Source: Balanoglossus misakiensis (Eukaryota > Animalia > Hemichordata). Taken from it: a stretch of 64,000 bases of DNA. The stretch covers positions 2,666,001 through 2,730,000 of the forward strand of contig CM082590.2 of NCBI GenBank assembly GCA_040954595.2. Direction: 5' to 3'. Position 1 is the first letter of the stretch. The number at the start of each line of letters is the position of its first letter. The position numbers and the translations under genes were made by a program. The notes under the pieces were generated by a model, which saw only the letters and a program-made list of their open reading frames with translations, searched no databases and was not told the DNA's origin. This document shows, piece by piece, positions 53,331 to 64,000 of this stretch.

Positions 53331-53661
53331 AGGGACAAAGTGTCTCTCTCGCTGCCCTTTTTACCATTAATTATGTTTGATACAAGACATCGTTTATGTT
53401 GGCTGTATAGTGAATCAATGTTCGACCAAACACAACTTCCACCCCACTTGTACACACAAGAATGAAAAAACTCGCCAAAATGAATAATCGGTGTTTACCA
53501 TTTATTCATTTTTGCGAGATTTTTACTCTCAGATTCTACAAACGGGATGAAAGTTGTTGGTTGAATGTTGATTCACTATATAGCCACATGTAGAATAACA
53601 TAAATGGGTTCATGTATCAAACTTAATTGAACAATGGTGGCGAAAGAGAGACTTTGCCCCT
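53331..53661. mobile_element. Kolobok-family foldback MITE, copy 2
   Basis: TTAA at 53327-53330 and 53662-53665. Ends AGGGACAAAG...CTTTGCCCCT. Similar to 37832-38174. Empty-site paralogues lie at ~52955 and ~54959. Confidence 0.9.
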
Positions 53662-53729
53662 TTAAACAATTGGTCAGCTCTGCGAATATAGTTCACCTGA
53701 CCACTTCCTTTGCTAAGTAAGAGTGTTGT

Positions 53730-54078
53730 TTATGTAATGATATCAATATAATATTTATTACTTATATAGCACATTACACAATAAATCTCAATGTGCTGCT
53801 TCAAAGTGTTTCCCATGGTAATTTGACCTAGGTCGGTGGACCTAAAATATTCCATCCCACTCCATGGGGAGCAAACAACAGCTCACATGTGCAGCTTTTA
53901 TATCAGCACAGCAGACCTAAACATACTCATTACAATATCGGATCCACCAAATTACCTTTTCTTATGGGCGGGGAGAGGCAAGGAGATGTAAACACCACAA
54001 CACCACAACCATGCCAGGGATCAAACCCTTGATTCTTTGATTATGGGTCTGATGCTCTAACGACTGGACTATGACTTT
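53730..54078 (-). mobile_element. tRNA-derived SINE (possibly Deu/Nin-domain type); 3' fragments also at ~53025-53160 and ~55673-55800
   Basis: The - strand head is tRNA-like, with an A-box-like TAGTCCAGTCGTTAG and a B-box-like GGTTTGATCCC. The body has a GCTCCCCA(T/G)GGAGT motif, and the tail is AT-rich with GCACATTGAGA...GTGCTATATAA. Confidence 0.6.
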
Positions 54079-55036
54079 ATGTGGCACAATGACCTTTCCA
54101 TTTAGTGCCTTGTTCAGCTCTCAGTCAGGGTTTAAGCAAATATGGAAACATGCATATTAGGCTCTTTGAATTTCCAAAAATTCAGTGTGTCAGCTCCCAT
54201 TTCCCAAGACCAGTTCCCGTGCTAAATAAAAGTGCTGTGTGTGGCATAATCATTTTTCCGTCTGCTGTGACATTTGTCTCCCTGTGAGAGTTTAAGTAAA
54301 TGTGGAGACACGCAAATTAGGCAATCCCATATATCCCATACATAATTCAGTGTGTTTTGTTCACATTTTTGGTTTTTATTTTGAAAATGAACAAAGGAGT
54401 TTCCTATCATTGAGCAACTCACTCCATTAACAGTTGCTCGATATGCAGGCTAACTTGCTAGATCACTAAAGACTTAAAGCATGTTGAGGTTGGTGCCCCA
54501 AACCCTCTTGAAGACAACTGGTTGCTAACGATTGCCAATTAGGCAATTTGGATATTCTACACATAACACAGTTTGTCAACTTTGAGAATACTGTTCTCAA
54601 TACTATTTCCCATGCTTAATAGAAGTGTTGAGTAACAGTATGTGGTAGAATGGCATTCCTATACGTTGCCTTCTTTTGCTCATTATCACGGTTTCAGTAA
54701 ATTTAGAGACACGCAAGTTTAGCAGCTTGAATTTCTCATAACACAGTTTTGAGCTCCGAGAACACAGTTCTCATGAACATTTCCCATGCTCCATAAAAGT
54801 GTTGTGTATGTCTTACAATGATCTTTCCATACGCTGCCTTGTATAGCTGCTGTTAATAATTCAAGTTAATGTGGAGACGTATTAGGCAACATCAACGTCC
54901 CATACATAACACAGTTTGTAGGTATGAATACATCCAAAATACCCAACTTTAATTTTCCTTAAAGAATTGGTCAGCTCTGCAAATATATTTCACCTGACCA
55001 CTTCCTTAGCTAAGTAAGAGTGTTGTTTATGTAATA

Positions 55037-55672
55037 TTATCATACATGCAACGCCTGTATTTAACACTTTCTATTGTTCTCGCCCCGAAGATATTTTACG
55101 GTATTTCACAATGCGAAAATATCGCGTCCACGTCTCGGCGTGACAGTTCACTGCGCGCGCGAGCGACACACGGGGCATAGTGGAGAGGGGTGTTGTAAAA
55201 TTCGGTTATTAGAAGCTGTAATAAAGTTTTCAAAGCTGGCGGTTTTGTCATGTTGAATGCATCATTTTTAGTTCTTCGAAATTCTCAATGCAAAATAATT
55301 GTTAACATGATATTTTGAAAGAGAACGTAGACAATTTTATTTAGAATGTGGATGTGCCCATCGTAATGAAAGCTGCCAACCCCCTTAAAATGATACTACT
55401 GCCCACACGTCATACGTCACAACATGGCTACTGCCGTGATCCCAGCGCCCGGTTCAAATTTGAAATTGTTTTTCTCAGCGCATTTCTGCAAATCGTACTG
55501 TTTTATAGGTAGGCATGTATGATAAAGAGGTTATTACACGAATTTTGGTCGATAACGCGACGCATTCTCGTGATGTCTGTATTTTGACTCGTTGCGAAGC
55601 GCAACTCATCAAAATACGGACATCACTCGAATACGACGCGTTATCGACCAAAATTCGTGTAATAACCCCTAA
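55037..55672. mobile_element. TSD-less insertion (636 bp) with a short IR pair and a ~140-bp terminal palindrome
   Basis: TTATCATACATGC (55037) pairs with GCATGTATGATAA (55513-55525). Palindrome at 55529-55667. The empty site TATGTAATA|ATATTAATATA is present at ~53025-53044. Confidence 0.8.
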
Positions 55673-55804
55673 ATATTAATATAGTATTTATAACTTATGT
55701 AGCACATTAAATCTCAACATGCTTTAAAGTTGTCCCATGGTAATTTGACCTAGGTCGTTGGACCTTACTATTCCATTCAACTCCCTGGGGAGCAAACAAC
55801 ATCT

Positions 55805-58800
55805 CACCATCATTAGAAATGTCAAATTACAGTGCTTTTGGCCACGTATTAACCTGGGGATTTACAATCAACTTTAAATCCACATATGCACCATATTCCA
55901 ATGTCAATGTGAAGGGCTTGAAATACCATCTACCCTGATGCATCATCAAGTTTGTTTCGACAACTTTAAATCCCCTTCAGCAAGCATTTTATACCCATGT
56001 CAAAGTGCAGAGCTTGCATAACCATCTATCCTGATGCATCATCAAGCTGCTTCGCCATTTGCCCTGATGCAAAGAATCAGATATAGTGTCACCATTGCAT
56101 TAGCAATGTCAAATTACAGTGCTTTTGGCCAGGTATTAACCTGGGGATTTACAATCAACTTTAAATCCCCATATGCACTATATTCCAATGTCAATGTGAA
56201 GGGCTTGAAATACCATCTACCCTGATGCATCATCAAGTTTGTTTCGACAACTTTAAATCCCCCTCAGCAAGCATTTTATACCCATGTCAAAGTGCAGAGC
56301 TTGCATCACCATCTATCCTGATGCATCATCAAGCTGCTTCGCCATTTGCCCTGATGCAAAGAATCAGATATAGTGTCACCATTGCATTAGCAATGTCAAA
56401 TTACACTGCTTTTGGCCATGTATTAACATCGGGATTTATAATCAACTTGAAATCCCCATATGCTTTTTATACCCATGTCAAAGCGAAGTGTTTGCATCAC
56501 TATCTACAGTAATGCATCGTCAAGCATGCTTCGCCATTTGCCGTAATGCAAAGAATCAGATTCAATGTCACCATTGCATTCGCAATGTCAAATTACTGTG
56601 CTTTTGGCCACATATTAACCTGGCGATTTACAGTCAACTTTAAACATCAGTGCATATGCATTAAATACACATGTCAAAGTGCAGTGTCTCCATCACCATT
56701 GATCCTGATGCATCATCAAGCATGCTTCGTTATATGCCCTGGTGCAAAGAATCAGATTTAGTATCACAGTAGCATTAGCCATGTCAAATTACAGTGCTTT
56801 TGGCTATGTATTAACCTAGGGATTTACACTCAACTTTAAATCCCCATATGCATTATATGCCAATGTCAATGTGAAGGGCTTGAAATACCATCTACCCTGA
56901 TGCATCATCAAGTTTGTTTCGCCATTAACCCTGATCCAAATAATCAGTGTCACCATAGCATTAGCAATGTCAATTTACTGAGCGTTTGGCCATGTATTAA
57001 CTTGGGGGTTTACAATCAACTTTAAATCCCCATATGCATTATATTGCAATGTTAACTTGAACGGCTTGAAACACCATCTATACTGATGCATCATCAAGCT
57101 TTCTTTACAATTTACCCTGATGCAAAGAATCAGATTTAGTGTCGCCATAGCATTAGCAATGGCAAATAAAAGTGTTTTCGGCCACATATTAACCCAGGGA
57201 TTTATAATCAACTTGAAATCCCCATATGAATTTTATACCCATGTCAAAGCGAAGTGCTTGCATCAATATCTACCGTGATGCATCATCAAGCTTGCTTCGC
57301 CATTTGCCCTAATGCAAAGAATCAGATTCAATGTCACTGTAGCATTAGCAATGTCAAATTACAGTTCGTTTGGCCGTATACTAACCTGGGGATTTACAAT
57401 CAACTTTAAATCCCCATATGCATTATATTCTAATGTCAATGTGAAGGGCTTGAAACACCATCTATCCTGATGCATCATCAAGCTTGCTTCACCATTTTCC
57501 CTGATGCAGAGAATCAGATTTAGTGTCACGGTAGCATTAGCAAATCCCCATATGCATTTAACACCCACGTCAAAGTGAAGTGTTTGCATCCCTATCTACC
57601 GTGATGCATCATCAAGCTTGCATCGCCATTTACCCTGATGCAAAGAATCAGATTCAATATCATCGTTGCATTAGCAATGTCAAATTAAAGTGCTTTTGGA
57701 CTTGTATTAACCCAGGGATTTACAGTCTACTTTTAATCCCTCTGTATACATTTTAAACCCCGGTGTCAAAGTTTAGTGATTGCATCACCATTGACCCTGG
57801 TGCATCATCAAGCATTCTTCAGAATTTGCCCTGATGCAAAGAATCAGATTCAATGTCACCCTTGCATTAGCAATTTTAAATTACAGTGCTTTTGGACATG
57901 TATTAACCTAGGGATTTACAGTCAACATTAAATACCCATGCACATGCATTAAATACCTATGTCAAAATGCATAGCTTGCATCACCATCTACTCCAATGCA
58001 TCATTAAGCTTGCTTAGCCATTTCCCCTAATGCAAAGAATTACATTCAATGTCACCATTTCATTAGCAATGTCAAATTACAGTGCTTTTGGATGCGTATT
58101 AACCCAAGGATTTGTAATCAACTTGAAATCCCCATATGCATTTAATACCCATGTCAAAGTGAACTGTTTGCATCACTATCTACCGTGATGCATCATCAAG
58201 CCTGCATCGCCATTTACCCTTATGCATAGAATCAGATTCAATGTCACCGTTGCATTAGCAATGTCAAATAAAAGTGCTTTTGGCCATTATTAACCTAGGG
58301 ATTTACAATCAACTTTAAATCCCCATATGCATTATATTCAAAAGTCAATGTGAAGGGCTTGGAACACCATCTATCCTGATGCATCATCACGTTTGCTTCA
58401 CCATTTATCCATATTCAATGTCACCCTTGCATTAGTAATTTTAAATTACAGTGCTTTTGGCCATGTATTAACCTCGGGATTTAGAGTCAACTTTAAATAT
58501 CAATGCGCATGCATTTGATACCCATGTCAAAGTGAAGTGTTTGCATCACTATCTACCGTGATGCATCATCAAGCTTGCATCGCCATTCACCCTTATGCAA
58601 AGAATCAGATTCAATGTCACCGTTGCATTAGCAATGTCAAATTACAGTGCTTATGGCCACGTATTAACCTGAGGATTTACAGTCAACATTAAATACCCAT
58701 GCATATCCATTAAATACCTATGTCAAAGTGCAGAGCTTGCATCACCATTTACTCTGATGCACCATTAGGCTTGCTACGCCATTTCCCCTAATGCAAAGAA

Positions 58801-61800
58801 TCACATTCAATGTCACCATTGCATGGGCAATTTTAAATTACAGTGTTTTTGGCCATGTATTAACCTATGGATTTGCAATTAACTTTAAATCCCCATATGC
58901 GTTATATTCCAATGTCAAGTGAAGGGCTTGAAACACCATCTATCCTGATGCATCATCAAGCTTGCTTCACAATTTACCCTGATGCAAAAAATCACATTCA
59001 GCGTCACCATTTCATTAGCAATGTCAAATTACAGTGCTTATTGCCACGTATTAACCTGGGAATTTACAGACAACTTTAAATACCCATGCATATACATTAA
59101 ATACCTATGTCAAAGTGCAGAGCTTGCATCACCATTTACTCTGATGCACCATTAGGCTTGCTACGCCATTTCCCCTAATGCAAAGAATCACATTCAATGT
59201 CACCATTGCATTAGCAATTTTAAATTACAGTGTTTTTGGCCATGTATTAACCTATGGATTTGCAATTAACTTTAAATCCCCATATGCGTTATATTCCAAT
59301 GTCAAGTGAAGGGCTTGAAACACCATCTATCCTGATGCATCATCAAGCTTGCTTCACAATTTACCCTGATGCAAAAAATCACATTCAGCGTCACCATTTC
59401 ATTAGCAATGTCAAATTACAGTGCTTATTGCCACGTATTAACCTGGGAATTTACAGACAACTTTAAATACCCATGCATATACATTAAATACCTATGTCAA
59501 AGTGCAGAGCTTGCATCACCATCTACTCTGATGCATCATTAGGTTTGCATCGCCATTCCCCCTAATGCAAAGAATCAGATTCAATGTCACCCTTGCATTA
59601 GCAATTTTAAATTACAGTGCTTTTGGACATGTATTAACCTAGGGATTTTCAATCAACTTTAAATCCCCATATGCGTTATATTCCATTGTCAATGTGAAGG
59701 GCTTGAAACACCATCTGTCCTGATGCATCATCAAGCTTGCTTCACAATTTACCCCGATGGAAAGAATCAGATTTAATGTCACGGTAGCATTAGCAATGTC
59801 AAACTACAGTGCTGATGGCCACGTATCAACCTGGGGATTTACAATCAACTTTAAATCCCCATATGCGTTATATTCCAATGTCAATGTGAAGGGCTTGAAA
59901 TACCATCTACCCTGATCCATCATCAAGCTGCTTCCCCATTTGCCCTGATGCAAAGAATCAGATATAGTGTCAACATTGCATTAGCAATGTCAAATTACAG
60001 TGCTTTTGGACACGTATTAACACAGGGATTTATAATCTACTTGAAATCCCTATATGCTTTTTATACCCATGTCTAAGCGAAGTGTTTGCATCACTATTTA
60101 CTGTGATGCATCATCAAGCATGCTTCGCCATTTACGCTGATGCAAAGAATCAGATTCAATGTCACCATTGCATTAGCAATGTCAAATTACAGTGCTTTTG
60201 GCCATGTATAAACATCGGGATTTATAATCAACTTGAAATCCCCATATGCTTTTTATACCCAGGTCAAAGCGAAGTGTTTGCATCACTATCTACAGTAATG
60301 CATCGTCAAGCATGCTTCGCCATTTGCCCTAATGCAAAGAATCACATTAAATGTCACTGTTGCATTCGCAATGTCAAATTACTGTGCTTTTGGCCACGTA
60401 TTAACCTGGCGATTTACAGTCAACTTTAAATCCCCATATGCATTATATTCCAATGTCAATGTGAAGGGCTTGAAAAACCATCTACCCTGATGCATCATCA
60501 AGTTTGTTTCGCCATTAACCCTGATGCAAATAATCAGTGTCACCATAGCATTAGCAATGGCAAATAAAAGTGCTTTCGGCCACATATTAACCCAGGGATT
60601 TATAATCAACTTGAAATCCCCATATGAATTTTATACCTATGTCAAAGCGAAGTGCTTGCATCAATATCTACCGTGATGCATCATCAAGCTTGCTTCGCCA
60701 TTTGCCCTAATGCAAAGAATCAGATTCAATGTCACCCTTGCATTAGCAATGTCAAATTACAGTTCGTTTGGCCGTATACTAACCTGGGGATTTACAATCA
60801 ACTTTAAATCCCCATATGCATTATATTCTAATGTCAATGTGAAGGGCTTGAAACACCATCTATCCTGATGCATCATCAAGCTTGCTTCACCATTTTCCCT
60901 GATGCAAAGAATCAGATTTAGTATCACGGTAGCATTAGCAATGTCAAATTACAGTGCCTATGGCCACGTATTAACCTCGGGATGTACGGACAACTTTAAA
61001 TACCCTTGCATATACATTTAATACCTATGTCAAAATGCAGAGCTTGCATCACCATATACTCCAATGCATTATTAAGCTTGCTTCGCCATTTTCATTTTCC
61101 CTGATGCAAAGAATCAGATTAAATGTCACCGTTGTATTAGCAATGTCAAATTAAAGTGCTTTTGGACTTGTATTAACCCAGGGATTTACAGTCAACTTTT
61201 AATCCCCCTGTATACATTTTAAACCCCGGTGTCAAAGTTTAGTGATTGCATCACCATTGACCCTGGTGCATCATCAAGCATTCTTCAGAATTTGCCCTGA
61301 TGCAAAGAATCAGATTCAATGTCACCCTTGCATTAGCAATTTTAAATTACAGTGCTTTTGGACATGTATTAACCTAGGGATTTACAGTCAACATTAAATA
61401 CCCATGCACATGCATTAAATACCTATGTCAAAATGCATAGCTTGCATCACCATCTACTCCAATGCATCATTAAGCTTGCTTAGCCATTTCCCCTAATGCA
61501 AATAATTACATTCAATGTCACCATTTCATTAGCAATGTCAAATTACAGTGCTTTTGGATGCGTATTAACCCAAGGATTTGTAATCAACTTGAAATCCCCA
61601 TATGCATTTAATACCCATGTCAAAGTGAACTGTTTGCATCACTATCTACCGTGATGCATCATCAAGCCTGCATCGCCATTTACCCTTATGCATAGAATCA
61701 GATTCAATGTCACCGTTGCATTAGCAATGTCAAATAAAAGTGCTTTTGGCCATTATTAACCTAGGGATTTACAATCAACTTTAAATCCCCATATGCATTA

Positions 61801-63762
61801 TATTCAAAAGTCAATGTGAAGGGCTTGGAACACCATCTATCCTGATGCATCATCACGTTTGCTTCACCATTTATCCATATTCAATGTCACCCTTGCATTA
61901 GTAATTTTAAATTACAGTGCTTTTAACCATGTATTAACCTCGGGATTTAGAGTCAACTTTAAATATCAATGCGCATGCATTAAATACCCATGTCAAAGTG
62001 AAGTGTTTGCATCACTATCTACTGAGATGCATCATCAAGCTTGCATCGCCATTTACCCTGATGCAAAGACTCAGATTCAATATCATCGTTGCATTAGCAA
62101 TGTCAAATTACAGTGCTTATGGCCACGTATTAACCTGAGGATTTACAGTCAACATTAAATACCCATGCATATGCATTAAATACCTATGTCAAAGTGCAGA
62201 GCTTGCATCACCATCTACTCTGATGCACCATTAGGCTTGCTACGCCATTTCCCCTAATGCAAAGAATCACATTCAATGTCACCATTGCATTAGCAATTTT
62301 AAATTACAGTGCTTTTGGCCATGTATTAACCTGGGGATTTACAATCAACTTTAAATCCCCATATGCGTTATATTCCAATGTCAATGTGAAGGGCTTGAAA
62401 CACCATCTATCATGATACATCATCAAGCTTGCTTCACAATTTACCCTGATGCAAAGAATCAGATTTAGTATCACGGTAGCATTAGCAATGTCAAATTACA
62501 GTGATTATGGCCACGTATTAACCTGGGGATTTACAGACAACTTTAAATACCCATGCATATACATTTAATACCTATGTCAAAATGCAGAGCTTGCATCACC
62601 ATATACTCCGATGCATTATTAAGCTTGCTTCACCATTTGCCCTGATGCAAAGAATCAGTTTAAATGTCACCGTTGTATTATCAATGTCAAATTACGGTGC
62701 TTTTGGACTTGTATTAACCTGGGGATTTACAGTCAACTTTTAATCCCCCTGTATACATTTTAAACCCCGGTGTCAAAGTTTAGTGATTGTATCACCATTG
62801 ACCCTGGTGCATCATCAAGCATTCTTCAGAATTTGCCCTGATGCAAAGAATCAGATTCAATATCACCCTTGCATTAGAAATTTTAAATGACAGTGCTTTT
62901 GGACATGTATTAACCTGGGGATTTACAGTCAACATTAAATACCCATGCATAGGCATTAAATACCTATGTCACAATGCATAGCTTACATCACCATCTACTC
63001 TGATGCACCATTATGCTCGCTACGCCATTTCCCCTAATGCAAAGAATGACATTCAATGTCACCATTGCATTTGCAATTGTAAATTACAGTGCTTTTGGCC
63101 ATGTATTAACCTAGGGATTTTCAATCAACTTTAAATATCAATGCGCATGCATTAAATACCCATGTCAAAGTGAAGTGTTTGCATCACTATCTACTGAGAT
63201 GCATCATCAAGCTTGCATCGCCATTTACCCTGATGCAAAGACTCAGATTCAATATCATCGTTGCATTAGCAATGTCAAATTACAGTGCTTATGGCCACGT
63301 ATTAACCTGAGGATATACAATCAACTTTAAATCCCCATATGCGTTATATTCCAATGTCAATGTGAAGGGCTTGAAACACCATCTATCATGATGCATCATC
63401 AAGCTTGCTTCACAATTTACCCTGATGCAAGAATCAGATTTAGTGTCACGGTAGCATTAGCAATGTCAAATTACAGTGCTTTTGGCCACGTATTAACCTG
63501 GGGATTTACAGTCAACATTAAATACCCATGCACATGCATTAAATACCTATGTCAAAGTGAAGTGTTTGCATCACTATCTACCTGGCTGCATCATCAAGCT
63601 TGCATCGCCATTCCCCCTAATGCAAAGAATCAGATTCAATGTCATCGTTGCATTAGCAATGTCAAATAAAATTGCTTTTGGACACGTATTAACCCAGGGA
63701 TTTCAGTCAACTTTTAGTATCCCTGTATGCATTTTATACCCCGGTGTCAACGTTTAGTGATT
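55805..63762. repeat. Satellite array 2, ~193-194 bp monomer, ~41 diverged copies
   Basis: GCATTAGCAATGTCAAATTACAGTGCTTTTGGCCA...GATGCATCATCAAGC...GCAAAGAATCAGA recurs throughout. A 387-bp dimer duplication (ORFs at 58867 and 59254) and a ~3.47-kb block duplication (57681 and 61147) are visible. Confidence 0.97.
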
Positions 63763-63830
63763 AACTTCTTTGCTATTTAAACATTACATTTTGAGTAAAA
63801 GGGGTGAAATGGGATTAAAGTTTATAGTGA

Positions 63831-63914
63831 CATATCGAAAAGAATCTATTTCAATTCGTTCATTTCTGAAATCATATCGAAAAGAATCTATTTCAATTCG
63901 TTCATATCTGAAAT
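63831..63914. repeat. 42-bp tandem duplication
   Basis: CATATCGAAAAGAATCTATTTCAATTCGTTCAT(T/A)TCTGAAAT occurs twice. Confidence 0.9.
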
Positions 63915-64000
63915 ATGATAATACGAATATGCATGTTTTATTCGCCATATATGAACACCAATGAAAAGTTATGTTTCCAGCTTAGGTATCGGTGGATTTG

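Larger units (their letters stand above)
52540..54930. repeat. Degenerate locally duplicated repeat modules
   Basis: CATAACACAGTTTG.CAGCT..GAGAA...GTTCTCA...ATAAAAGTGTTGTGT recurs at ~52554, 52661, 54180, 54563 and 54737. 52725-52905 resembles 54225-54405. Confidence 0.75.

Noticed and set aside
54010-54078. tRNA gene
   Set aside because: The cloverleaf is degenerate and runs on into a SINE-like body and tail.
56034-63757. Short ORFs in the right-hand array
   Set aside because: They are translations of the 194-bp satellite, with no conserved frame.
63815-64000. Possible start of another TTAA-flanked element (TTAA-AGTTTATAGTGAC)
   Set aside because: No partner TIR lies within the window, so it cannot be supported.

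Overview
Eukaryotic (animal, probably marine invertebrate) repeat-rich DNA with no recognisable host gene. Bases 1-31726 are a tandem satellite of ~130-134 bp monomers with higher-order repeats, and ~55805-63762 is a second, unrelated ~193-194 bp satellite. The ~24 kb island between them is mostly transposable elements. It holds an Academ-like remnant, a 5'-truncated L1/Tx1 LINE with a 14-bp TSD, and a 16.7-kb Kolobok DNA transposon (35168-51865, TTAA TSD, 27-bp perfect TIRs). The Kolobok has two convergent spliced genes: a 14-exon DDE transposase (- strand) and a 4-exon KolX-type gene (+ strand) whose C-terminus resembles the P2X7 cytoplasmic ballast domain. Each gene has one 1-bp frameshift. 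Its introns carry a complete Gypsy LTR retrotransposon, two TTAA-flanked MITEs, a palindromic element and an inverted copy of the KolX 3' end that could form a long pre-mRNA hairpin. Right of the Kolobok are duplicated SINE-containing modules that supply empty-site controls for two insertions and an isolated copy of the second satellite's start. All gene models were read by eye; family assignments are from recalled motifs, not database searches.
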